A stretch of 64,000 bases of DNA, from positions 317,440,001 through 317,504,000 of the forward strand of contig OZ024741.1 of assembly GCA_964016885.1 (NCBI GenBank), read 5' to 3'. Position 1 is the stretch's first letter. Each line of letters opens with the position of its first letter. Source of the DNA: Eledone cirrhosa. Lineage: Eukaryota. The position numbers and the translations under genes were made by a program. Positions 36,922-50,881 of this stretch are shown here, in pieces. The notes beneath the pieces are model-generated. The model did no database searches, had not been told where the DNA came from, and saw only the letters and a program-made list of their open reading frames with translations.

Positions 36922-37504
36922 GTGTGTATGTGTGTGTGTACCTGTGTGCGTAATTTTCAGTAGGTGATGATTCATCTGTCGTCAACGCTTTTGTATGCAT
37001 ACGTGTGTGTGCACGCCTGTATGTTTGTCTGTTTGTGTGCATGTACATATACATGCCTGTGTGTGTGTGTTTATTCATGCATGTATGTCTGTGTGAGTTT
37101 GGGCGTGTGCGATTATTTGTGTGCGTGCATGTTTGCGTGCATGAGTGCGTGCATGTGTGCGTGCATGTGTGCATATGTGTTTATTTCCGTGGTGGCCGTG
37201 GTGAGGTGGAAAGAGGGGGGTGTAAGGGAAGAATGCAAGGTGAGGGGGTGAGAAAGAATGAGAAATGTGGGGTTGAGGTTGTTTATGGGGAGAAGGAATG
37301 CAAGTGGTGGGAGGGGAAAAATGGGGCAGTGAGGGTCAGGTAAAGTTCAACAGTTCCTTACTATCCCTCCCCTCCCCCAAACACTTGCAATCAAAAGAAA
37401 TGCAACGTCATTAAACATAGTGCCCCCCCCCCGCCCCCCACACACACACCCTTCAATAACTGCAAACAATATTCCTCACCGCAGATCACAACTAACCCTC
37501 ACCA

Positions 37505-40097
37505 TCCACCCTCACCATCACAACCACCACCCTCACCATCACAACCTCCACCCTCACCATCACAACCACCACCCTCACCATCACAACCACCACCCTCACC
37601 ATCACAACCTCCACCCTCACCATCACAACCACCACCCTCAACATCACAACCTTCACCCTCACCATCACAACCACCACCTTCACCATCACAACCACCACCC
37701 TCACCATCACAACCATCACCCTCACCATCACAACCTCCACCCTCACCATCACAACCACCACCCTCACCATCACAACCACCACCCTCACCATCACAACCAC
37801 CACCCTCACCATCACAACCACCACCCTCACCATCACAACCTCCACCCTCACCATCACAACCACCACCCTCACCATCACAACCACCACCCTCACCATCACA
37901 ACCACCGCCCTCACCATCACAACCTCCACCCTCACCATCACAACCACCACCCTCAACATCACAACCTTCACCCTCACCATCACAACCACCACCTTCACCA
38001 TCACAACCACCACCCTCACCATCACAACCATCACCCTCACCATCACAACCTCCACCCTCACCATCACAACCACCACCCTCAACATCACAACCTTCACCCT
38101 CACCATCACAACCACCACCTTCACCATCACAACCACCACCCTCACCATCACAACCATCACCCTCACCATCACAACCTCCACCCTCACCATCACAACCACC
38201 ACCCTCACCATCACAACCACCACCCTCACCATCACAACCTCCACCCTCACCATCACAACCACCACCCTCAACATCACAACCACCACCCTCACCATCACAA
38301 CCTCCACCCTCACCATCACAACCTCCACCCTCACCATCACAACCTCCACCCTCACCATCACAACCACCACCCTCAACATCACAACCACCACCCTCACCAT
38401 CACAACCTCCACCCTCACCATCACAACCTCCACCCTCACCATCACAACCACCACCCTCAACATCACAACCACCACCCTCACCATCACAACCACCACCCTC
38501 ACCATCACAACCACCACCCTCACCATCACAACCTTCACCCTCACCATCACAACCTTCACCCTCACCATCACAACCACCACCCTCACCATCACAACCTCCA
38601 CCCTCACCATCACAACCTTCACCCTCACCATCACAACCTCCACCCTCACCATCACAACCACCACCCTCAACATCACAACCTTCACCCTCACCATCACAAC
38701 CACCACCCTCACCATCACAACCACCACCCTCACCATCACAACCTCCACCCTCACCATCACAACCACCACCCTCACCATCACAACCACCACCCTCACCATC
38801 ACAACCTCCACCCTCACCATCACAACCTTCACCCTCACCATCACAACCACCACCCTCACCATCACAACCACCACCCTCACCATCACAACCACCACCCTCA
38901 CCATCACAACCTTCACCCTCACCATCACAACCACCACCCTCACCATCACAACCTCCACCCTCACCATCACAACCTTCACCCTCACCATCACAACCTCCAC
39001 CCTCACCATCACAACCACCACCCTCACCATCACAACCTCCACCCTCACCATCACAACCACCACCCTCACCATCACAACCTTCACCCTCACCATCACAACC
39101 ACCACCCTCACCATCACAACCTCCACCCTCACCATCACAACCTCCACCCTCACCATCACAACCTCCACCCTCACCATCACAACCACCACCCTCACCATCA
39201 CAACCACCACCCTCACCATCACAACCACCACCCTCACCATCACAACCTCCACCCTCACCATCACAACCACCACCCTCACCATCACAACCACCACCCTCAC
39301 CATCACAACCACCACCCTCACCATCACAACCTCCACCCTCACCATCACAACCTCCACCCTCACCATCACAACCACCACCCTCACCATCACAACCTCCACC
39401 CTCACCATCACAACCTCCACCCTCACCATCACAACCACCACCCTCACCATCACAACCTCCACCCTCACCATCACAACCACCACCCTCAACATCACAACCT
39501 TCACCCTCACCATCCAACCACCACCTTCACCATCACAACCACCACCCTCACCATCACAACCACCACCCTCACCATCACAACCACCACCTTCACCATCACA
39601 ACCACCACCCTCACCATCACAACCATCACCCTCACCATCACAACCACCACCCTCACCATCACAACCTCCACCCTCACCATCACAACCACCACCCTCAACA
39701 TCACAACCTTCACCCTCACCATCCAACCACCACCTTCACTATCACAACCACCACCCTCACCATCACAACCTTCACCCTCACCATCACAACCACCACCCTC
39801 ACCATCACAACCTCCACCCTCACCATCACAACCACCACCCTCAACATCACAACCTTCACCCTCACCATCCAACCACCACCTTCACCATCACAACCACCAC
39901 CTTCACTATCACAACCACCACCCTCACCATCACAACCTTCACCCTCACCATCACAACCACCACCCTCACCATCACAACCTCCACCCTCACCATCACAACC
40001 ACCACCCTCACCATCACAACCTCCACCCTCACCATCACCACCTTCACCCTCACCATCACAACCATCACCCTCACCATCACAACCTCCACCCTCACCA
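37505..40097. repeat. 21-bp minisatellite CACCCTCACCATCACAACC(A/T)C, about 120 units
   Basis: Directly visible; source of the HHPHHHN / GEGGGCD pseudo-ORFs. Confidence 0.95.
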
Positions 40098-40259
40098 TAC
40101 ATAACTAATCTCACCACCACGACAACGCTTGACAGTCACCTTTACAACCTCCACCACCACCATTACAACCATCACCATCACCATCACCATCACCATCAAT
40201 ATCACAACTAACCTCACCCCACCATCACCACCACAATCCTTGACAGTCACCATCAGAAC

Positions 40260-41676
40260 CTCCACCATCACCATCATCACTACAACCTCCACCATCATCA
40301 CTACAACCTCCACCATCACCATTACTACCACCTCCACCATCATCACCATTACCACCACCTCCACCATCATCACCATTACCACCACCGCCACCATCATCAC
40401 CATTACCACCACCGCCACCATCACCATCATCACTACAACCTCCATCATCACCATTACCACCACCTCCACCATCATCACCATTACCACCACCGCCACCATC
40501 ACCATCATCACTACAACCTCCATCATCACCATTACCACCACCACCACCATCATCACCATTACCACCACCGCCACCATCACCATCATCACTACAACCTCCA
40601 TCATCACCATTACCACCACCACCACCATCATCACCATTACCACCACCGCCATCACCACCATTACCACCACCACCATCACCATTACCACCACCGCCACGAT
40701 CACCATTACCACCACCTCCACCATCATCACCATTACCACCACTGCCACCATCACCATTACCACCACCTCCACCATCATCACCATTACCACCACCGCCACC
40801 ATCACCATCATCACTACAACCTCCATCATCACCATTACCACCACCACCATCATCATCACCATTACCACCACCACCACCATCATCACCATTACCACCACCG
40901 CCATCACCACCATTACCACCACCACCATCACCATTACCACCACCACCACCATCACCATTACCACCACCACCACCATCATCACCATTACCACCACCGCCAC
41001 CATCACCATCATCACTACAACCTCCATCATCACCATTACCACCACCACCATCATCATCACCATTACCACCACCACCACCATCATCACCATTACCACCACC
41101 GCCATCACCACCATTACCACCACCACCATCACCATTACCACCACCGCCACCATCACCATTACCACCACCACCGCCATCATCACCATTACCACCACCACCA
41201 CCATCATCACCATTACCACCACCTCCACCATCACCATCATCACTACAACCTCCATCATCACCATTACCACCACCACCATCATCATCACCATTACCACCAC
41301 CATCATCACCATTACCACCACCGCCATCACCACCATTACCACCACCACCATCACCATTACCACCACCGCCACCATCACCATTACCACCACCACCACCATC
41401 ATCACCATTACCACCACCGCCATCACCACCATTACCACCACCACCACCATCATCACCATTACCACCACCACCACCATCATCACCATTACCACCACCACCA
41501 CCATCATCACCATTACCACCACCTCCACCATCATCACCATTACCACCACCACCACCATCATCACCATTACCACCACCACCGCCATCATCACCATTACCAC
41601 CACCACCACCATCATCACCATTACCACCACCACCATCACCATTACCACCACCACCACCATCATCACCATTACCACC
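40260..41676. repeat. CAC/CAT/ATT compound minisatellite (~21-27-bp units)
   Basis: Directly visible. Confidence 0.9.
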
Positions 41677-41716
41677 ACACAAAATACTACCAATTAATTA
41701 GTCAATCAAAAAGAAA

Positions 41717-41849
41717 AAGAAAAACAAGACATTTCACTATGTGTATGTGTGTGAGAGAACGTGTATATATATATATACATAAATATATATATATATATAT
41801 ATATACACGTTCTCTCACACACATACACATAGTGAAATGTCTTGTTTTT

Positions 41850-41852
<3 letters not shown>
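41717..41852. repeat. Palindrome: ~48-bp perfect arms around a (TA)n core
   Basis: AAGAAAAACAAGACATTTCACTATGTG...GAGAGAACGTG-(TA)n-CACGTTCTCTC...CATAGTGAAATGTCTTGTTTTTCTT. Confidence 0.9.
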
Positions 41853-41938
<86 letters not shown>

Positions 41939-42332
41939 GTTTGAAATCGCTAATGGTTTGCTATGCCGTTTAATGAGCTAACGTCGAAGCCTGTACAATT
42001 GGTCGGGGAAGGGAGACCTAAAGTACCAGGGATGAAATGCAAGTGTGCAAGAAACCGAGGAGGAGGGGCGGAGATTCTGTGCTAAAGATAAAGATATATA
42101 ATGCAACTACAGTAAATAAATGTTTTGGTCTTAAGGCTGAAAAAAGGGGTTTTTACTTGTTCCTCTTGCTGGTTTTTATTTTTATTTTTATTATTTGTAT
42201 CTTTTCCTATACTAACCTAGAAACAAGGTTCTTTCATTGGAATTTAAACATTAACTATGTACTATGTTGTATGTATGTATGTAGGTAGATAGGTATGTAT
42301 GTGTGTGTGTCTGTATGTGTGTCTGTATGTAT

Positions 42333-42594
42333 GTAGGAGAAGGCAACTCAGGAAACTGGGATAACTCCGATATAAAACCTGCGGCTCAGTAGTTACCGAT
42401 GATGTTGATCTTTTCTTCTTTTCGGGTTATAGCTACTGTCGCTCAGAGAGTGGGATTGGCTCAGTGCACAGTCTTTCCTCACTTTAAAAAATATCTTCAC
42501 GCACAGACATTACACGATAAAATTAATTAATAATTATTAATAATGGTATATCGTGCAATGGCCATACTCGATAATGAGGGGGCAGCCATCATCA
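42333..42594 (+). mobile_element. Short RTE-derived non-autonomous element, subfamily 2
   Basis: TAGGAGAAGG..GATGATGTTGA..GAGAGTGGGA.TGGC; 3' end TGGCCATACTCG..GAG..GCAGCCATC followed by (ATGT)n. Confidence 0.6.
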
Positions 42595-42814
42595 TGTATG
42601 TATGTATGTAGTATGTATGTAGTATGTATGTATGTAGTATGTATGTATGTAGTATGTATGTATGTAGTATGTATGTATGTATGTATGTATGTATGTATGT
42701 ATGTATGTATTATGTATGTATGTATGTATGTATGTAGTATGTATGTATGTGTGTATGTGTATGTATGTATGTATGTATGTATGTATGTATGTATGTATGT
42801 ATGTATGTATGTAT

Positions 42815-43430
42815 GTCAGGTCACCAGTATGTCAGGTCACCAGTTGGTGCTACTGGTAACATGTATCCCAGTACAACCCATCTCATGGTCGGGTCGTTGG
42901 AGACAAAAATGGCAACCCCACCAAGGTTTCTTGGTGAGGAGGGTGACTTTGGACATCCTGCAGGACTAAAAACAAAACCTGTCAAAGGGGAAAGGAGCTC
43001 TTAAGAGTCAATGGCCATCCAACATCACCGGGAGAGATGACCCCTTAGCCTTTGTCAAGGCAGAATTCTAGGAGAAGGAAGGCTCTGATATAACACCTGA
43101 TGGTATCCAATGATGTTGACTTGTTCTTCTTTTTGGTAACTATCATCTTGGTTAAGAGAGTGGGACTGGCTTTGTGCTGTGCCTTTGCTCACTATAAAAG
43201 CTTCACGGCACAGGCATTGCGTTATATCTGGAGATCTCTCTGCACTTGTCGTCACATGGTACCAAGGGCCCAGCACTATGTGTCAATAATTGTCACAAGT
43301 GTAGTGTTTGTACCAGAGTTTTCAAGTCGCTGGCTGGACTAAAAAGTCACACTCGTTCAGTGCATCGGTAGGGGTTCTCCTACATGGATATAAAGTAGTG
43401 GCCGTACTCGAAAACGAGTTGGCAGCCACC
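42815..43430 (+). mobile_element. ~615-bp non-autonomous retroelement (RTE 5'UTR-like), subfamily 1, full length
   Basis: Four near-identical copies in the window. CTAGGAGAAGGAA..CTCTGAT motif. No ORF. (TATG)n on both sides. Confidence 0.8.
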
Positions 43431-44241
43431 ATGTATGTATGTACGTGTGTATGTATGTATGTAGGTAGGTAGGTATTATGTAAGTATGTGTGTTTCTATG
43501 TATGTTTGTATGTTTGTTTGTAAGTATGTATGTATGTGTGTGTTTGCATGTACCTACGTATGTATGCATGTACGTATATATGTATGCAATCATGTTTACG
43601 CGTGTACATATCTATGTATACATGTATGTATACATGTATGTATATATATGTGTACGAGAATACTTGCCACAGCATGTATGCATGTGTATATTTTGAGGCG
43701 ATTATATTTGCATTTTATTTTCCGTTTTAGGTGAAGGTTTCGTTAATTTCAGCATTTCTGCAAAGTTTTAGCATAGTAACAGAACGTATATGCGTTATTG
43801 TCCATATAACAGTTTAGACGAGTTGATAACACAGCCATATAAAGGCAAAGAGTAATTGAAAGACCAAATGGTGTTTTATAGTCCACAGAAAGACAGTTTA
43901 GAGTTTATTCCAAGCAGTAAATTTCCAATCACAGTAGTTTGACAATTTCACATTATCACAGAACATTTTTTTTTTCGATATTATTTCCCTATTCTTTATT
44001 TCCTTTTTTTTTCCTTTTTTTATTTTTTCTTACTAAATAAGGTTTTTTGGTTTTTTTTGCTTTTGAATAAATTTGACGTATATAAAATGAATGAAAATGA
44101 AACGTTCATAAACGAATTAAATAATTTAATGTAATTTAATCCTGGTTATGTGTATTCATTTTATATATATATATAGTACCAAAATTATATTAAGGATGTC
44201 ATGTCTGATAATATCAAAATCATAATATAAAATCATTTTGA

Positions 44242-44343
<102 letters not shown>

Positions 44344-44380
44344 CAGCCGGATGGCTGGAACAGGTAAAAGAGTAAAAGAG

Positions 44381-44411
<31 letters not shown>

Positions 44412-44794
44412 ATGTATGTATGTGTATATATATATATATCGACATTCGATCGACTTTCGTCAAAATCGGACCAAAGATCTGTTAACCTAGTTTTCGAATA
44501 TGATTCCACTCTTATGTTCATATATGTGTGTATGTGTGTACATGTGCGTGGGAGTGTGTGTGTATCTGCGCGCATGTATGTGTGCGTGTTTCTGTGTGTG
44601 TCTGTGTGTGTGTGAGTGTGTGTTAGTGTATCAGTGATTGCGTGTGTCTGTGTGTATGTGTGTTTCTCTCTGTGTGTGTATATATAAATCTATCATTCCT
44701 TGTTCACCAAAATCGGAAGACATTTAAACAATAAATGCCAGTAATCAATTCTAGAAAATTATTCATACACACACGAGCGCGCGCACACACATAC

Positions 44795-45095
44795 ATGTTG
44801 GCTGCAAACTCTGCTAATAATACTGCCATCGCTTGTTAGATTATAGAGTTTGATGCACTTTTAGGCTACGCCCAGCTACACGAACCTGTAACATATCCTG
44901 AACAAGCAATGCCTGTGCTTTGAATGATTTTTAAGTGGGGAGAGGCCTTGCACTCGACCAATCCCACTCTCTGAGCATTGAAAACACTGCCCGAAAAGGA
45001 GAACTGGTTAACATCATCGAATGCTTACGAAGCAGCAGGGTTTTTTTTCAGAGTTTCCCTCTTCTAAAAAGGTGTTGTGACAACAACTGGGGGCC
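44795..45095 (-). mobile_element. Short RTE-derived non-autonomous element, subfamily 3 (fragment repeated at 50263-50330)
   Basis: Minus strand: AGAAGAGGGAAACTCTGA..GATGATGTT..GCTCAGAGAGTGGGATTGG..GCACAGGCATTGC..GCAGCCAACATGTATG. Confidence 0.6.
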
Positions 45096-45192
45096 TTTCA
45101 CACACACACATACATACACTCACGCGTATATACATACATACATATAAACATAAAACATACAAATACACGCATACATACACATATATGCATAC

Positions 45193-45244
<52 letters not shown>

Positions 45245-45246
<2 letters not shown>

Positions 45247-46160
45247 GTGATTGTTCCGCCTTCACAGATGGTTGTCGTGTCTTTATGATACGCTGATTCC
45301 ATCAGCATCTCTCCGTCTCTGCAAAATACATACATCAGCATGGCAAGACTAAAACCCCCACCCACTGACAAAACTCTTACATATGGCATAACTAATATGG
45401 CTGCCATAGAACTGCATCTGGTCCTGCCTATACTACGCCTTACGAGATGACGAAACTACTGAAGTGGTGGTATTTCATCAGTGAAAACTTGCATGACATC
45501 CAACAACCACAGTAATATATCTGCTGTCTATAACTAGTCAAGAATTCAGAGGTCTGGTTTGTGCCAGAAAGACAACATAGGGCATCAAAGATACACAAAT
45601 AGAATGCACGACGAGACGATCGTAAAAGAGACATCTGTACATCATTAGATTATACAGATAACGTTTGTACAACACAAGAATCACTTGCGAAGTCTTAGTT
45701 ATTATCTGGTGACAGGCATAAGCAGGATGACCAGTAATCGCATAACTCGCATGTTTCACTTCATGATTTTCCTGTCTCAGAAGAAAGCAGTAACAACACT
45801 TCGAGGTCGTCCAGTAGCCTTACTGTGTGTCCTCACATCAACCAGGAAGCTTTCTGAGTTCCTATGCACAGATGGGTTTGTTGCAACTGCGACTATTGGA
45901 AATCCAGCTACCCCGATTATGAAAACGGACTGATCCGTCTCCAGACGAATTTTTCTCTACCCTTAGACACTGGTTTCAAGGCGCCAGTAGGTCGCCTCTG
46001 CCCCTTCTCCTCGTCAGTTCCAAATATCTCTGCCACGGAACGCTGGGACCTGGGCTTCGGGTGTCAAAGGTTATCTGAAACACAAGCCGATTAAGACATT
46101 TTGTAGTCTAGATACTCAGGCCTACTCCCACCCTGGCAATGATAAGCCCGGGGCATGGAC
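45245..46160 (-). mobile_element. ~900-bp non-coding element between microsatellites, probably RTE-derived
   Basis: RTE 5'UTR-like motif GGCGACCTACTGGCGCCTTGAAACCAG on the minus strand; ends CACCA(TG)n; no ORF. Confidence 0.4.
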
Positions 46161-46246
46161 ACATATGCATACACATACATACATACATACATACATACAT
46201 ACATACATACATACATACATACATACATACATACATACATACATAC

Positions 46247-46490
46247 ATTCCCATTATTGTAAGAGCTACAACCAGCTTGGACCAAAATATAACTGAACTT
46301 GGATTTGTGGAGAAAAAACGTAGCTCATTAATTCATAAGCTACAAATGGCTGTGGTATCTGGAACCTTCAAAATTTATAAAACATTTTTAATGTTCAAAG
46401 GATGAACAAGAGACGAGAATTTCTTCTTTTTAAACCTTGCAACCGGGAAGGTGGCCGATCAAAACTCAAAACGAAGAGAAAGAGAGAACA
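46247..46490 (+). mobile_element. 3' fragment of R4-like family B LINE
   Basis: PIIV..LDQNITELGF..SSLIHKLQMA..FKG* and the 3' UTR match 53570-53819; (CATA)n on both sides. Confidence 0.85.
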
Positions 46491-46551
46491 TACATACATA
46501 CATACATACATACATACATACATACATACATACATACATACATACATACAT

Positions 46552-47270
46552 GGTGGCTGCCAACTCGTTTTCGAGTACGGCCACTACTTTATATCCATGT
46601 AGGAGAACCCCTACCGATGCGCTGAACGAGTGTGACTTTTTAGTCCAGCCAGCGACTTGAAAACTCTGGTACAAACACTACACTTGTGACAATTACTGAC
46701 ACATAGTGCTGGGCCCATGGTACCATGTGACGACAAGTGCAGAGAGATCTCCAGATATAAAGCAATGCCTGTGCCGTGAAGCTTTTATAGTGAGCAAAGG
46801 CACTGCACAAAGCCAGTCCCACTCTCTTAACCAAGATGATATTTACCAAAAAGAAGAACAAGTCAACATCATTGGATACCATCAGGGTTGCAGGTGTTAT
46901 ATCAGAGTTTTCCTTCTCCTAGAATTCTGCCTTGACAAAGGCTAAGGGGTCATCTCTCCCGGTGATTTTGGATGGCTATTGACTCTTAAGAGCTCCTTTG
47001 CCCTTTGACAGGTTTTGTTTTTAGTCCTGCAGGATGTCCAAAGTCACCCTCCTCACCAAGAAACCTTGGTGGGGTTGCCAGTTTAGTCGCCAACGACCCG
47101 ACCATGGGACAGGTTGTACTGGGATACATGTTACCAGTAGCACCAAGATGATATTTACCAAAAAGAAGAACAAGTCAACATCATTGGATACCATCAGGGT
47201 TGCAGGTGTTATATCAGAGTTTTCTTTCTCCTAGAATTCTGCCTTGACAAAGGCTAAGGGGTCATCTCTC
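46552..47270 (-). mobile_element. Non-autonomous element subfamily 1 with internal duplication
   Basis: Reverse complement of 42815-43430; 47143-47270 repeats about 46830-46960. Confidence 0.85.
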
Positions 47271-47382
47271 ATACATACATACATGCATACATACATACAT
47301 ACATACATACATACATACATACATACATACATACATACATACATACATACATACATACATACATACATACATACAGTACGTA

Positions 47383-50240
47383 CGGTAACAGTACAATCAG
47401 TACTCTTCAATATAAGCTGATCACATTCAAACAAGAATTGAGAGTTGTCGGCGAGAAACGCCGATACCTGAAGAAAGTAGATGAAAGAAAAGTAATTAAT
47501 AAAAGATTCAGACGAAACCAAACATCAGTCTATAGAGATATGAAGCGCAAAGTAATAAATGTCACTGAGGCCCCATCCCAGAAAGACATAGATTCCTACT
47601 GGAGAAAAATATGGGGTGAAAGGAAGAATTTCAAGCAAGATGCAGTGTGGCTAAAAGAAATCCAAAAGAACTATTGCTCCTACACTACAACAAAAACATA
47701 CGAAATAAGTGAGGGTACCCTTGAGACTGTGATAGAAAAACTCCAAGATAAGAAAATACTAGGAAGAGACATAATTGTCGGCTACTGGTACAAAAAACTG
47801 ATATTCTATCGGAGGTGTCTTATCGACCTCTACCAATAAGTTCTTAAGGGAGATACACTTATACCAGAATTGTTGACATTAGCACAAATAATACTGATCC
47901 CCAAAGACAAAGACATCCACTTGGTAAAAACATACCGACCCTTTGCATGCCAAAACCTAATGTATAAGATGTATAGTCTGCCTGAACCTATTCCTCCAAG
48001 ATCACTTCGACAGTAATGACATCATCACATATTAACAAGCATCTGGAAAGAAAGGGGTTTGGAGGTGGGCTGAACAACTCATAATCAACAAAACTGCGAT
48101 GTCGGAGGTGCGACAACTTAGGAGGAATATGGCTACAGTCTGGATGGATTACAGGAAAGCTTTCGATTCTGTTCCCCACTCTTGGATGATAGAGGCCCTC
48201 CGACTTGCTAAAGTCCCAGACATTATTATCAGAGCCATAGAGAAGCTGTCTTCTTCTGGGACTACTATCCAAAAGTTAAAAACAGAAAAGGAGAACTCTA
48301 TTTCCACTGATAAAATAGAATAACACAGGGTATATTTCAAGTAAACAGTCTCTCTGTGATGCTATTTATCCTGTTCCTTTTGCTCAAGAAATATGTAGGA
48401 TACATCATTGGCTCACAGGAGGACAGAAATACGATTTTAACCTAAAATTACTTTGTGGATGACCTGAAACTCTATACCAAGAACATAAATGAGATAAAGA
48501 AAAATCTTGACCTGGTTACAACGTTCTCAAAGGATATAGGAATGGAGTTTGGCCAAGATAAATGTTTATATATGATTGTAAAGCGAGGAAAAACTACAAC
48601 CCAATCTAGCAACATTTGTATCAGTGGCCTAACTCTTTCACTGACATCTGATGAGGACTGCTACAGATACATGGGGATAGATGAGAATATATCCTATAAT
48701 GGTATTTGTAATAAGGAACGCGTAACCAGGGAATATTACACCCGATTAAGAAAAATATGGTCATCGGAACGCTTTGCGCACAGTAAAAAAGTGGCTCACA
48801 GCGTGTTTGCTGTGCCTGTCCTAACACCAACGTTTGTAATACTCGAGTGGACAATAGATGAGATCCGAGCAATTGATATTAAAACTCTAAACATTCTAGA
48901 CAACACCGGTAACTTCCACATCAACAGTGACATCGAAACGTCAGCAGAGAGGCAGAGGCCTAACATCGGTTCAGACAACATTTGATTGTCGGATCATATC
49001 CTTCCGACATCATTTACAAACCTCCAAGCGAAGGAGCTCATCCATTGAGCAATCCTGTCCACATGAGACAGATAAGATCATGAGAGTTGGGAAGGAGCTC
49101 TTTGAAAGATACTCCCTGCATGATAATCAAAAACTCACACCCAGGGAAGTCGCTCAGCAGTATCGCAGTGAATCCATGGATGAAAAACTGCATGCTTAGC
49201 AGCAAAAATTCATGCATGTATATGTTGCCAGGAAGCTCCAGAGTGAGAGTAATATAGATAAGGACAGTAGTCTATCTTGGACCAACAACCGCTATATTGG
49301 CTCCAACTTTGAAGGATACGCTTTTGCAATCCAAGAACAGGAAATCAACACGAAATACCTGATTCACAAAAGAGATAGGGATGCAGGCAAAACACCTAGA
49401 TGTGACAACAAGTGCAGACTCTGCAGAATTAACATCGAAGATATCACCCATGTCATCAGCAGCTGTCCAAAGATGTCATCGCGGTACTATCTACCTATGA
49501 GGCAGTATGTAGTGGCCAAAACACTGCACAATGCAATCTGTAGAAAAGATAGCCCCGATAATAAACACATTAAAAGTTACAGCAATGTGAAAGACATACA
49601 TATACATAATATGAAAGAGTACTGGTGGAATGTTCCAGTAAAAACCCCTATAAAATACAGGCATAAGAGACCAGATATAATGATACGGGACTGGGAAAAG
49701 AAGGCATGCACAGTAGTGGAAGTTAGCTGCCCAGCAGATGCCAATATAATATCAAAGATTAGCGAAAAGGAAAATAGCTATGCAGAACTAATGAGAAATC
49801 TGCAGATACTCCACCTTGACTATACTTTCAGATTTATGTCTGTGATTATTGGAGCACTGGGGTATGTTAGTAACTGCCTCAATACAAATCTTGAGAAGCT
49901 GGGCTTCATAGACACAGAAAGAGCACAACTAGTTAGGAAATTATAAGTACAATCCATTAATGGAACAGTAAAAGTATGTAAAACATTCCAAAAATGCTGC
50001 ATCTAATAACTGCATATACACATGTACAGATACGAAGCATATGCACACGCACACATACAACTCAAAACATACACATCCACACATACAATAACATCCATAC
50101 CTGCACATACATGCATGCAGACATGCAGACATATCTACCTAGTTGATGTGTAAATTCCAATGAGAAAGTCTTGTATCTATGTTAGAAACCGACTCTCTCT
50201 CTATTGGCAAAAATTATAAATTTATAAAACCACAAGAACA
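47383..50240 (+). mobile_element. 5'-truncated, decayed R4/Dong-like RLE LINE, family A
   Basis: WMDYRKAFDSVPHSW, FVDDLKLY, CRLC..H..SSC and RPDI..VEVSCP..EK; many stops; (CATA)n flanks. Confidence 0.88.
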
Positions 50241-50412
50241 TACATACATACATATGTTTGGCGCACTTTTAGGCTACGCCCAGCCACACGAACCTGTAAC
50301 ATATCCTGAACAAGCAATTCTTGTGCTTTGATACATACATACATACATACATACATACATACATACATACATACATACATACATACATACATACATACAT
50401 ACATACATACAT

Positions 50413-50801
50413 GGTGGCCGCCAACTCGTTTTCGAGTACGGCCACTACTTTATATCAATGTAGGAGAACCCCTACTGATGCGCTGAACGAGTGTGACTTT
50501 TTAGTCCAGCCAGCGACTTGAAAACTCTGGTACAAACACTACTCTTGTGACAATTATTGATACATAGTGCTGGGCCCATGGTACCATGTGACGACAAGTG
50601 TAGAGAGATCTCCAGATATAAAGCAATGCCTGTGGCGTGAAGCTTTTATATTGAGCAAAGGCACTGCACAAAGCCAGTCCCACTCTCTTAACCAAGATGA
50701 TATTTACCAAAAAGAAGAACACGTCAACATCATTGGATACCATCAGAGTTGCAGGTGCTATATCAGAGTTTTCCTTCTCCTAGAATTCTGCCTTGACAAA
50801 G
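50413..50801 (-). mobile_element. 5'-truncated non-autonomous element subfamily 1
   Basis: Near-identical to 46552-46941. Confidence 0.85.
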
Positions 50802-50881
50802 AGAAGTTGACATACATACATACATACATACATACATACATACATACATACATACATACATACATACATACATACATACAT

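Noticed and set aside
37420-41697. 894-aa His-rich and Gly/Asp-rich ORFs as structural proteins
   Set aside because: 21-bp minisatellite open in most frames, with frame-shifting indels; no signal peptide or splice evidence.
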